64,000 nucleotides of DNA. It comes from Gemmatimonadales bacterium. Its GTDB lineage: Bacteria; Gemmatimonadota; Gemmatimonadetes; Gemmatimonadales; GWC2-71-9. The DNA is taken from NCBI GenBank assembly GCA_965249575.1, contig OZ252244.1, forward strand, positions 128,001 to 192,000. The letters are read 5' to 3'. The stretch's first letter is position 1. Each line of letters opens with the position of its first letter. This document shows, one piece after another, positions 30,445-40,858 of this stretch. The translations under genes and the position numbers were made by a program. Below the pieces are notes generated by a model. It had not been told where the DNA came from. It made no database searches and was given only the letters and a program-made list of their open reading frames with translations.

Positions 30445-30789
30445 ACGTAGCTGAACCCCAGACGCCAACCTCCCCGGCGGCGCCGCGATCGTTGGAGGGC
30501 GGCTTTCCGGCACGTCAGCCTCGCCTCAGTTGTCCAGTGGGGGCCGCCCGAGGGGCCGACTTGGCCTCGCCGCACCGCCCCGGGGGGGTACCGCCGGCAC
30601 CGGCATGCTTGATGCAACCTGAGGTCTCTGGTGGTTCTCGGGCGGTGGGAACCCGCCCGACCGCCGCGGCGGGCACGCCACGCAAGTGCATATCTCACTT
30701 GACGATCCTTGGCAGCGGGCGCAAGTTCGGCGGGTCAGCGCGAACGAAATCGCACGCCCCGAGCGCTCGACGGGAGAGAGCGACCCTAC

Positions 30790-32644
30790 ATGCAGTGCGC
30801 CCAATGTGCTACACCTGTCCCTGAAGACGCGAGGTTCTGCCACAGCTGTGGCTCGCTGGTCTCCGACGCCGAGGGCCAAGCCGCCGCGACCGGGGCAATG
30901 GATGCATCGGCGTTCCAGCACATGGAGCAGCTCGTTCGCGACGACACCACTGGCGAGTTTGAGATCCTGCGCATGTTGGGACGCGGCGGCATGGCGATGG
31001 TGTACCTCGCCAATGAGGTCCACCTAGCCCGAAAAGTCGCCATCAAGGTCCTTCCGCCCGAACTGACCTTCGGCCACGGCGTCGAGCGCTTCAAGCGCGA
31101 GGCGAAGACCGCCGCCGCCCTGGACCATCCAAACATCGTTCCGATCTACCGAGTCGCATCCGGGGGGGAAATCTTCTGGTACGCGATGAAGTACCTCGAG
31201 GGGCAATCGCTGGACGACCTCTTGAAGGAGCGGGGCCGATTTTCCCTCGGCGAGACCATCGGGATCCTCGGACAGGTCGCAGACGCTCTGGACTACGCGC
31301 ACGAGCACCGGGTCATCCATCGCGACATCAAACCGGCCAACGTCATGCTCGACTCCAGAAACCGCGTCGTGGTGACGGATTTCGGGATTGCCAAGGCACT
31401 GACCGAGGGAACCCTGACGGCGTCGGGGTCGGTCATCGGAACACCGTACTTCATGTCCCCCGAGCAAGGGATGGGAAAACCGGTCACCGGTGCGTCCGAT
31501 CTGTACTCGGTGGGGGTCATGGCCTATCGCATGCTCGCGGGCCAGGTACCGTTCGAGGGCGATTCGGCGATCGACATCCTTCACAAGCACTGCATGATTC
31601 CCGCGCCGCCGCTCGATTCCGCATGGCCCGAAGCGCCAGCTCACGTCGTGCGGGCACTCCAGCGGACGCTGGAAAAAGCGCCGGAGCGACGGTTCCCGAC
31701 GGTCAACGCGTTTGTCGAGGGTCTCAAAGCGCCCGGAGCCCAGGACGCCGAGCGGGAGGCGGCGACCGTGATGGTGCCGAAGGAGGCCGCGTCAGGCGTC
31801 GCCTCGCGGTCCCTCGATGCGGCATCGCAGCGCACGGAGATCATGGAGTCCAGCGGTGACCCAACGGGCCGGACCAGGCCGCCCATGCAGACGAGACCGC
31901 CGGCACCGAAGCCGAAGTCCCGCTGGCCGGTGCGCGTGGCAGCCGGGGTTACGCTGCTGGCCGCTGGAGCGGGAGCCGCGTGGTGGTTCTCGAACCAACC
32001 CGCGTCGACCACGGCTGCCGGTGCCACCGACGCCGCGGTGCTCGCGTCCGCCGTCAATCGATCCGACCGAGCCCGCCGGAACCGCGTTGGCGCCGCCGGT
32101 CGATTCGACGCCGACGGCTGCCGCACTTCCACCACCTCCCGAGCCCACCACCGGGCGCGTGACAGTTACAGGTTTGCCATCGGGAGGAACGGTGAGCGTG
32201 AATGGCCGCCGGCAGACGGGGACGACGTTCGAACTTTCAGAGGGCCGGCACACCATCCGCATGGCCGCCGCCGGTTACGAGCCGGTCACGGACAACATCA
32301 ACATCGTGGCCGGCGAGGCGCTGCGGATCCGATTCGTGGCTCGGCGAGTGGCCCAGGCGCCGCCTCGGGTGACGCAGACACCTCCGGCCCGGCAACAGCC
32401 GGCTCCACCCCCGGCACCCGCGGCGCCTACCAGGGGGGTCTTGCTCATGCGCATCAACCCGTGGGCCAACGTGTTCATCGACGGCGTGGAGCTGGGGGCG
32501 AAGACCACCGTCCGAGACACGTTGACCGCCGGCGCTCACGCGCTTCGCCTCGAGCGAGAGGGATTCGCAACGGTGGACACCACGATCGCCATTACCGCGG
32601 GTGCGGACACCCGGATGAACGTACGCCTGAGGAGTCAGCCATAA
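30790..32644 (+). CDS. Membrane Ser/Thr kinase: zinc ribbon, kinase, TM, two PEGA-like domains; frameshift near 32056
   Basis: CAQC..CHSC, GRGGMA, VAIK, HRDIKPAN, DFG, SPE, TM; extracellular half lies in ORF 31817..32644 whose TAA overlaps the next ATG. Confidence 0.8.
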
Positions 32645-33591
32645 TGCCGAGAACCATCGTGGCCCGCGCGGTATGGGTTGGAATCGCGATCGCGATCCTG
32701 CTCGCGCCGCGGTTGGCCTGGGCACAGGACGATCGGGACCAAATGATCGCCAATGCTCAGAGCGCCTACGACAACTTCGAGAGCGCCCGCGCTGCTCAGC
32801 TCCTCAGAACCGCGCTCAACCCCACGTTGGGCCCGCAGACCGGCGCGTGGGCGAGCGGGGGCCAGCTGCTCCTCCAGATCTTGATCGAAGAGGGTCAGAC
32901 CACGACCGCTCGAGTCTGGGCGCCATGGGCTGTGCGGCTCGACCCGACGATGCCAATCGACAGCGTGACGTTCCTGCCGGCAGTCGTGCAGGCAGTCGTG
33001 GACGCGCGGGTGTTCGTGGGGCCACGGACGGCGGCCGACGTAGCGACGACGACGACATGGGATTGGAGCGACGTGAACTCCGGCAGCGCTACCGGCCGGG
33101 TGAGCGTCGCGCCATCGGCCCAGCAGGCGCGGGTGCTGCTCATCGGTGTGGGGCTCCTTCCTCCCGGTGGAGTGCGCGATCTCGCCGCCGGCAGCTATCA
33201 GATCGAGGCCGCGGCCGATGGCTTCGTGACCGCTCGCGTCACGCGCGAGGTGCTGCCCGGTGTCGCCACGACACTCGCCTTCGACCTGGTGTCCGACGCA
33301 CCGGTCGCGCAAGCACCACCACCGGACGCGGCGCCGCCACCGGTAGCCGATACGGCCGAGGCGGCTCTACCCCAAGCACCTCCGCCTCCCGGCCCGGCGC
33401 AGCCCGAGCCGGAGGTCGAGCAGGGCGGAGGCTTTCCGGTAGCGGTGTTCGCGGTGCTGGGGATCGCCGGCGCGGGGGCCGCGGTGGCGGTGCTGGCAGG
33501 TGGCAAAAAGCCCGGACCGGTCACTAACGGGAACGGGCCCAACGGGCCCACCACCGGCGGCATCACCATCAGCGTCCCGGTAGATCCGTAG
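32644..33591 (+). CDS. Exported hypothetical protein (helical domain, PEGA-like domain, Pro linker, C-terminal hydrophobic segment)
   Basis: MPRTIVARAVWVGIAIAILLAPRLAWA signal peptide; TAATG coupling to kinase. Confidence 0.75.
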   Translation: MPRTIVARAVWVGIAIAILLAPRLAWAQDDRDQMIANAQSAYDNFESARAAQLLRTALNPTLGPQTGAWASGGQLLLQILIEEGQTTTARVWAPWAVRLDPTMPIDSVTFLPAVVQAVVDARVFVGPRTAADVATTTTWDWSDVNSGSATGRVSVAPSAQQARVLLIGVGLLPPGGVRDLAAGSYQIEAAADGFVTARVTREVLPGVATTLAFDLVSDAPVAQAPPPDAAPPPVADTAEAALPQAPPPPGPAQPEPEVEQGGGFPVAVFAVLGIAGAGAAVAVLAGGKKPGPVTNGNGPNGPTTGGITISVPVDP

Positions 33592-33615
33592 GCGCCCGAG
33601 GTTATGAGGTAGTTA

Positions 33616-36186
33616 ATGACCAAGCGTTTCGGTACCGCTTTCTGTCTCGTCGTCGCGGCCTAGCTGGCCTGCGACGAAGACCCGCTCCGTCCCTCGACGA
33701 CCGGGAGTATCGTCGTTCAACTGGTGACTCCCGCGCCCGCGGTTCCTGCGGCGTCCGAAGCGGCGGAACCGGAGACGGGGTCACCAGTCTCGTCGGGGAT
33801 CGCGCCTGGCGAGTCGAACGACGGTGACGCGGAGGAAGAGGGGCTTTCCCTGAGCCGAGTCCCGGCGGGCGCGGCGGCCCGAGCTGCCGCCTCGCAGACG
33901 AGCACCGCCTCGGCGCTCGTGCTCGACTCGGTGCGGGTCTCGGTGGCCGGACCGACACCCCGCACGGTCGTCGCTCGGACGCCGAGTGGTGGCGTATTCA
34001 ACGTCACCGTCGATCAACTCAACCCGGGCACCTACGCGGTGGCGGTCGAGGGGGTCTCAAACAACCAGGTCGACTTCTTCGGGCAGTCGACCGGCGTATC
34101 GGTCAACGCCGGCCTGGCGACGACCACGCCGGTCACGTTTACGTCGTTCCGGCCCATTCTGGCCACCTTCACCCCGAATCCCACGACGTCCCTGGTCCTC
34201 CCGGTGACCTTCAGCGCCGTCCCCCTCGCGACGGGCTACCGCGTGGCGTGGGATACCGACATGGCGTTCACCAATCCGACCACGCTCGATGTGGGGGTGC
34301 AGACGAGTGGCGACATCGCGGTGACGGACGTGGGGACCTACTACGTAACCGTCCAGGCACAAAACCCCATTACGGGCTTTGGGCGGGCGAGCGACCTGGA
34401 ATCGGTCGACGTCGTCACGGATATTACCTCGAGCGGCGACGATGCAGGATCTGCGCCGTTGCTCGGGTTCGGGATCGGCATAAACCAGACTCTCTCCGAC
34501 CTGAACATTTTCCCGGACACCGATGTGGACTGGTTCCAGTTCCAGGCGTGCGCCGGAGACTCCGTGTTCGTCGAAACGTTCGCTGACGGGCTGGTTCCAC
34601 CGTCGAATCTCAACACCTTTCTGCACCTGTTCGCATCCGATGGGACCACCGCACTCGATGCCAATGACGATCTGGACACCAACACCGTCGACTCGTACGT
34701 CGAGGCCGAGCTGCCCGCCGACGGCGTCTACTACATAACCGTCGAAGCCTCCAACGCCGCCACGGTCGGCCACTACGAGCTGGACCTCCAGGTTTGGGAG
34801 GGCGCCAACAACAACGGAACGTCCTGCGGTCCGCTGGCCACGGCAGTGGCCGTGTCGCCGGATGGCGCCTCCAACACCGTAGGGGGTTTCTCGACCTTCG
34901 TCGCGACAGCCTTCGACGTTGGAATGAACCCCATCCCCGGCAAGTTCATCAACTGGGCCTCGCTGAACCCCAACGTCGCGACGGTCGACGCTTCGGGTCA
35001 GGTGACGGCCGTCGCCGCCGGGCAGGCGATCATTTCGGCTGAGGCCGATGGTGCCAAGGACTATGCGGTCTTCACCGTCGAGGAAGCCGCGGCGACCTTC
35101 CCGGTGAATATCTGGGCCGCGGACATCGCCATGCAGACACCGCGACTACGCGATGTGTGGGGAACCGCTCCGGACAACGTGTGGGCGGTGGGAAGCGGCT
35201 CGACCATCATGCACTACGACGGAGCGTCTTGGAACTCCGTGCCCCCTCCAGTCACCGGCCAATTCCTACACGGTATTTGGGGCAGTTCCGCTGACAACAT
35301 CTACACAGTGGGGGGCAATGGGACAGTCTTCCACTACGACGGCAACGGCTGGGCCGACGTTACCCCGAGTTCCGGATTCACGACGGAGATCCTGACTGGT
35401 GTCTGGGGATCGTCACCCAGTGACATCTACGCCGTGGGCTTCGCGGGAACGATCGCACATTACGACGGGAGCGCGTGGAGTATCGTGACCCCCGCTCCGA
35501 CCTCAGAGGCGCTCCGGGACGTGTGGGGCACATCGGAAAGTGATGTCTGGGCGGTGGGCAATATGGGAGCGATCTTGCATTTCGATGGCACGTCGTGGAG
35601 CGCGGACCCGGCCTCCGGAATCCTCACGACGGAAACGCTGCAGAGCATCTGGGGGTTCGCCGCCGACGATATCGAGGTCGTCGGCAACAACGGCACTCAC
35701 CTCCACCGCAACGCGGTGGGTTGGTCAGATCAATCGTCGGCCGGATACCTGGGATCCCCGCTGTTTGGATTCTGGGGCTCCACTGCGGGCGAGACCGCCG
35801 GCGGCGTGGTCATCCTGGATTTCGGGATCGCCAAGGCCCTGTCAAAGGACGGCGGGAACCTGTCGATCAGCGGTGAGCTGCTCGGCTCGCCGGCGTACCT
35901 CAGCCCGGAGCAGGCGGCAGGATCGAAGGACCTGGACCACCGCGTAGATATCTACAGTTGGGGAGTGGTGAGCTATCAACTGCTGACCGGCCGCTTGCCC
36001 TTCACCGGCGACTCCGTGCAACAGATGCTGTACCAGCACATGACCGCTCCACCACCCCCACTCCGGGATCTTCGACCCGAGACACCGCCCAGACTCATCA
36101 CGGTCGTCGAGCGCTGCTTGGAGAAGGACCCGGATCGACGGTGGCAAGGCCTCGCCGACGCGGCGCGAGAGCTGGAAGCGCTTTAG
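33616..36186 (+). pseudogene. Large lipoprotein (Ig/FN3-like, PPC, Big_2, WG-repeat propeller) with in-frame TAG in signal peptide, fused to a kinase C-lobe
   Basis: MTKRFGTAFCLVVAA*LAC in frame with ORF 33724..36186; DVDWFQF, WASLNPNVATVD, five full xWGxxxxxxxxVG repeats, then DFGIAK..SPEQ. Confidence 0.75.
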
Positions 36187-36266
36187 CTCTTTCAACGCGC
36201 GCGCCGCACACCGATTAACTTACTCCCCCGAACGACCCCGTTTTCGCACGCCGAGGAGGCATCGAT

Positions 36267-37667
36267 ATGCCCACACCGGGCTCCGACGCCCAGCCGCTCC
36301 GTGTGGCCATCATCGGCTCCGGTCCGGCTGGATTCTACGTGGCCCAGCGGCTCCTCATGCAGAAAGAGCACGTCGTTCAGGTCGACATGTACGACCGGCT
36401 CCCCGCCCCGTTCGGTCTGGTACGATTCGGCGTCGCCCCCGATCATCAAGAGATCAAGGCAGTTACCCGCGTCTTCGACAAGGTGGCGGCGCGAGAGGGT
36501 TTTCGGTTCTTCGGCAACGTCGACATCGGCGAGCATCTCACACTCGACGACCTCAAGCGGCACTACCATCAGATCTGTTTCGCGACGGGCGCGCAGACGG
36601 ACCGCCGCATGGGGATCCCGGGCGAGGACCTCGACCGGAGCCATGCCGCAACGGAGTTCGTAGCCTGGTATAACGGACACCCCGACTACCGGGACAGCGA
36701 ATTCGATCTCTCGGTCGAACGGGTCGCGGTGGTCGGCGTGGGGAACGTCGCGGTTGATGTCGCGCGCATCCTTTGCCGCTCGCACGAGGAGCTGGCAGCG
36801 ACCGATATCGCCGACTACGCTCTCGATGCACTCAACCACAGCCGAGTCAAGGAAGTTTACATGCTCGGCCGCCGGGGCCCCGCACAAGCTGCGTTCACGA
36901 ATCCGGAGATTTGCGAGCTGGGCGAAATGCCATGCGCCGACATCGCCGTCCGCACGGAGGAGGTCGAGCTAGACGACCTGACCCGCGCGGTGGTCGAAGA
37001 GCGGAAAGACAAGTCAACCAACAAGAAAATCGAGATTCTCCAGGGATTCACCACCCTCGTTCCAAAGGGACACCCGCGTAGGCTCACCGTACGGTTCCTG
37101 GTCTCTCCAGTAGAACTGATCGGAAACGACGCCGGCGAGGTGACGGGACTCCGACTGGTGCGAAACGTCCTGCGCTCGAGCGAGAACGGGACGCTGCGTC
37201 CCAAGGCAACCGACCGGTTCGAGGAGCTGCCCGTCGGCATGGTGTTTCGATCGGTCGGATACCACGGCATCCCGTTGCCCGATCTCCCCTTCGACGAGAA
37301 ATCCGGTGTCGTTCCGAACGAAAAGGGTGGAGTAGTCGATCTCGGCGGCAATCGGATAGCCGGGATCTACGTGAGCGGATGGATCAAGCGCGGGCCGACC
37401 GGCGTGATCGGAACCAATAAACCCGACGCAGCGCAGACGGTGCGCACGATGCTTGAAGATCGGGGTACGGGAAACACACTCGACCCTGCATCACCCGACC
37501 CACAGTCCATTGAACGCCTGATTCGTGACAGAAGCCCCGCGTTCGTATCGTACGCCGATTGGCAGGCTCTCGATCGCCTCGAGATCGAACGGGGGGAAGT
37601 GATGGGGAAACCTCGCGCGAAGTTCGTGACGGCGGACGAGATGCTCGCTGCGCTCAACCGGGCCTAG
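36267..37667 (+). CDS. Ferredoxin--NADP+ reductase (FprA/adrenodoxin reductase-like)
   Basis: GSGPAGFY, PFGLVRFGVAPDH, GVGNVAVDVAR, GRRGP, GWIKRGPTGVIG. Confidence 0.93.
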   Translation: MPTPGSDAQPLRVAIIGSGPAGFYVAQRLLMQKEHVVQVDMYDRLPAPFGLVRFGVAPDHQEIKAVTRVFDKVAAREGFRFFGNVDIGEHLTLDDLKRHYHQICFATGAQTDRRMGIPGEDLDRSHAATEFVAWYNGHPDYRDSEFDLSVERVAVVGVGNVAVDVARILCRSHEELAATDIADYALDALNHSRVKEVYMLGRRGPAQAAFTNPEICELGEMPCADIAVRTEEVELDDLTRAVVEERKDKSTNKKIEILQGFTTLVPKGHPRRLTVRFLVSPVELIGNDAGEVTGLRLVRNVLRSSENGTLRPKATDRFEELPVGMVFRSVGYHGIPLPDLPFDEKSGVVPNEKGGVVDLGGNRIAGIYVSGWIKRGPTGVIGTNKPDAAQTVRTMLEDRGTGNTLDPASPDPQSIERLIRDRSPAFVSYADWQALDRLEIERGEVMGKPRAKFVTADEMLAALNRA

Positions 37668-37672
37668 AACGG

Positions 37673-38581
37673 ATGCCTTCGGAATTACTCGTCTACGTCA
37701 ACGGCCAACTGGTTCCCCGCTCCGAGGCACACGTGTCCGTATTCGACGCGGGCTTTCAGTCCGGGGATGGGATATGGGAAGGCCTCCGGATCTACCACGG
37801 TCGGGTGTTCGAGTTGGACGCTCACATGAATCGCCTGTATGACTCCGCCAAGGCGCTGTCCATGGAGGTGCCGCTCTCGAGGCCGGAGCTGGACGATGCC
37901 CTGTGCGAGACACTTCGAGCGAACGAGCTATATCACGACGCGCATGTCAGACTCATGGTGAGCCGCGGAGAGCGACGCACCTCGGGCATGGATCCCACGT
38001 TCGTCGAAGGGCGCCCGGGCACTGTCGTAATCATCGCGGAGCACAAGCCGCCGATATTCGACAAGAACGGCGTGCGGCTCGTGGCGTCGAGCGTGCGCCG
38101 CCCGTCACCCGACACCCTGGATCCCCGGATACACCACGCCAACCAGTTGAATTCCATCCTCGCCAAACTCGAGGCGAACCGCGCCCAAGTCGACGGCGCG
38201 ATCATGCTCGACCGGAACGACTTCGTCGCTGAGTCCGACGCGGCAAATCTCTTCATCGCGAAGGAGGACGAGCTGGCAACCCCCAATGCGACGGCCTGCT
38301 TGCACGGCATCACTCGTGGCCTCGTCATCCAGGAGGCGCGCAGCGCTGGCATTCCGATTCTCGAGCGGGATGTCTCGCTACTCGAAGTGCACACCGCAGA
38401 CGAGGTGTTCCTCACGGGAACCATCGGCGAGATCGTTCCGGTCATCGAGGTAGACGGCCGTACCATCGGCGCGGGCGCGCCGGGCCCGATGACACTTCGC
38501 CTCGCAGACCGCTATCGGACGCTTACCGACCAGACCGGCGTCCCGATCCCCGGCGTGACTGCGGCGCGCGGTCGCTCGTGA
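37673..38581 (+). CDS. Class IV aminotransferase-family protein (BCAT-like), canonical Schiff-base Lys absent
   Basis: SVFDAGFQSGDGIWEG, HMNRL, GITR, ADEVFLTGT; DPRIHHANQLN where K is expected. Confidence 0.88.
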   Translation: MPSELLVYVNGQLVPRSEAHVSVFDAGFQSGDGIWEGLRIYHGRVFELDAHMNRLYDSAKALSMEVPLSRPELDDALCETLRANELYHDAHVRLMVSRGERRTSGMDPTFVEGRPGTVVIIAEHKPPIFDKNGVRLVASSVRRPSPDTLDPRIHHANQLNSILAKLEANRAQVDGAIMLDRNDFVAESDAANLFIAKEDELATPNATACLHGITRGLVIQEARSAGIPILERDVSLLEVHTADEVFLTGTIGEIVPVIEVDGRTIGAGAPGPMTLRLADRYRTLTDQTGVPIPGVTAARGRS

Positions 38582-39927
38582 GCGACGGATTGTCCCCTTC
38601 GCAACCGTCCAAGCCGGTCCGGCTCGAGCGGGCCCTTGGCCGGTGGGATCTCACGGCGATCGGCGTCAATCAGACGATCGGCGCCGGGGTGTTCTTCGTC
38701 CCCGCACTTGTTGCGGGGCACGTCGGACCGTGGAGTCCGATCCTGTTCTTGGCCATCGGCGTTTCGACCCTCCTGGTCGCGCTGTGCTTCGCCGAGGTCG
38801 GCAGCCGGTTTGACGGCACGGGTGGGCCTTACCTCTACACCCGAGCGGCGTTCGGTCGTTTTTTCTCCTTCGAGATCGGCTGGATGCAGTGGTTCATGCG
38901 GGTCACCGCACAGGCGTCGGTGATCAACGGCCTCGTGCTCGCGCTGGGTTTCTATTGGCCGAACATCACGGGGGGTGCGGGCCGAGTCGCGATCATCACC
39001 GGCGTAATCGTCTCTTTGGCGGCGGTGAACGTGCGCGGCGTGCGACAGGCTGCCTGGGTCGTCGACATGCTGACCATCGGCAAGCTCATTCCGCTCGCCA
39101 TTTTCATTCTGGTTGGGATGTTTTTCGTTGACGTGGCTCGCGTGACACCCACGGAGCCGATCACGACATCGGACGCCTTGGCAGGCGCGCTCCTGCTGAT
39201 TTTCATCTTCGGCGGGTTCGATGTCATCCCTGTTCCCGCCGGTGAATCGCGAGACCCCAAGAGACATGTGCCATTTGCGCTCGTGATGACCGTGGTTGGG
39301 ATCACAGGGATCAACACGTTGGTCGCGGTGGTCGCGGTGGGGACGCTGCCCACGCTGGCGTCGTCTGAGACACCCTTGGCCGACGCCGCGCTGGCGTTCA
39401 TGGGGGTGTCCGGCGCGCTCCTGGTGGGAATCGGATCCGTCATCTCGATAGCCGGCAACACCGCGAACCAGATACTCACTGGATCCCGCACCCTTTACGC
39501 CCTGGCCGAGAACGGCGATCTGCCCCGCGTGCTGGGACGCGTGCACCGCTCGTACCACACCCCGGCCAACACGATCATCTTCACCGCCGGCGTTGCGCTC
39601 GTGCTCGCGCTGTCGGGCTCCTTCGCCGCACTCGCCGCTGCCAGCGCGCTCGCGCGGCTCTTGATCTACGTGGGGGTTTGCGCCTCCACTCTCCGACTGC
39701 GGCGGTCTACCGTTCACCAGAAACTCCATCCGGCGCAGTACATCCTGCCGTTCGGCGCCGTGATCCCTGCACTCGCCATTCTCTCGGCCCTTTTGATCGT
39801 GCTGGGCCTCACGATGCAGCACATCGTGACTGGCCTCGCCGCCCTGGTCGCGGGAGCCGCTCTCTTCTGGTGGAGGGTGCGGGTCGAAGGACGAGGCGAA
39901 ACAGAAAAACCGGACGCCGGAGCCTAG
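38578..39927 (+). CDS. APC-family amino acid permease
   Basis: TIGAGVF, CFAEVGSRF..TGGPYLY, FGGFD, AGESRDP; GTGA overlap. Confidence 0.9.
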   Translation: MSDGLSPSQPSKPVRLERALGRWDLTAIGVNQTIGAGVFFVPALVAGHVGPWSPILFLAIGVSTLLVALCFAEVGSRFDGTGGPYLYTRAAFGRFFSFEIGWMQWFMRVTAQASVINGLVLALGFYWPNITGGAGRVAIITGVIVSLAAVNVRGVRQAAWVVDMLTIGKLIPLAIFILVGMFFVDVARVTPTEPITTSDALAGALLLIFIFGGFDVIPVPAGESRDPKRHVPFALVMTVVGITGINTLVAVVAVGTLPTLASSETPLADAALAFMGVSGALLVGIGSVISIAGNTANQILTGSRTLYALAENGDLPRVLGRVHRSYHTPANTIIFTAGVALVLALSGSFAALAAASALARLLIYVGVCASTLRLRRSTVHQKLHPAQYILPFGAVIPALAILSALLIVLGLTMQHIVTGLAALVAGAALFWWRVRVEGRGETEKPDAGA

Positions 39928-40727
39928 CGGCCGGAGTAACGCGGCTCGCGCTTCTCGACGAACGACCGCAGGCCCTCCGCGGCGTCCTCGCTCGCGAGAC
40001 ACTCCATGAGAGCATCGACCTCGAGCTGCAGTGCACCCTCGAGGTCGAGCTGCTGCGCTCGCAAGAGTCCCCGCTTGAGCAGTCGCACGGAGATCGGTGC
40101 GTTCGCGCCGATGGTGCGGGCCACCTCGGTCGCCGTGGACAACAGGTTCTCGGGAGCGACGACCTCGCTCACGAGCCCCAGGTCGCGCGCCTCGGCCGCC
40201 GCGACGTTCCTCCCAGTGAGCAGGAGCTCGAAGGCGCGGCCGTAGCCGATCAACTTCGGGAGCAGGAAGAGCACTCCGTTCGTCACGAAGAGCCCTCGTT
40301 TCACCTCCGCGAACGAGAACGTTGCGTTGCTCGAAGCGATACGAACGTCGCACACGATGCTCAGCTCGATTCCGAAACCGGTGGCAATCCCGTTTACCGC
40401 CGCAATCACCGGCTTTGCGTCGTCCACAACCCGTCGTGTGATCTCCTGCACCCGCAGGACCCGCTCCCGCCACCGCTCGACGGAGGCCTCGCCCGTGAGG
40501 AGCTGCGCCGCTTCCTTCAGATCCTCGCCCGCGGAAAACGCCCGCCCGGAGCCGGTAAGCACCAATGCGCCAGCGCTCTCATCATCCCGAAACCGATCGA
40601 GCACGTCGAGGAGCTCACGGTAAGTAGAGTCCCGGAACGCATTCAAGCGTTCGGGCCGGCTAAAGGTCGCCACGGCGACCCCGTCGGACGTCGCGTAACG
40701 GATGTCGTTGAGTTCCACGGAGCTCAA
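39924..40727 (-). CDS. Enoyl-CoA hydratase/isomerase family protein
   Basis: RPERLNA, AFSAGEDL, AVNG.ATGFGIEL, FAEVKRG, FVEKREP. Confidence 0.92.
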   Translation of the reverse strand: MSSVELNDIRYATSDGVAVATFSRPERLNAFRDSTYRELLDVLDRFRDDESAGALVLTGSGRAFSAGEDLKEAAQLLTGEASVERWRERVLRVQEITRRVVDDAKPVIAAVNGIATGFGIELSIVCDVRIASSNATFSFAEVKRGLFVTNGVLFLLPKLIGYGRAFELLLTGRNVAAAEARDLGLVSEVVAPENLLSTATEVARTIGANAPISVRLLKRGLLRAQQLDLEGALQLEVDALMECLASEDAAEGLRSFVEKREPRYSGR

Positions 40728-40858
40728 TTCCGTCCCCCCCCCGGCGCGATAGGCCTAATGCACGGGTGCTTCTACCGGGTAGCCGATCGTTTCGCAGTAC
40801 CCGACGTGCGAGCCCCCAGTGATCGTCCGTAATCCCGAACGCCGGAGGATAGTGACTT

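Noticed and set aside
30709..33591. Single 960-aa kinase
   Set aside because: Middle third is off-frame Arg-rich sequence; better explained as two genes plus a frameshift
33661..33663. Pyrrolysine or genome-wide amber recoding
   Set aside because: TAG acts as a normal stop in many genes here and no pyl genes are visible
35140..35790. Periodic DNA similarity as a repeat array
   Set aside because: Protein-level WG propeller repeats with degenerate DNA
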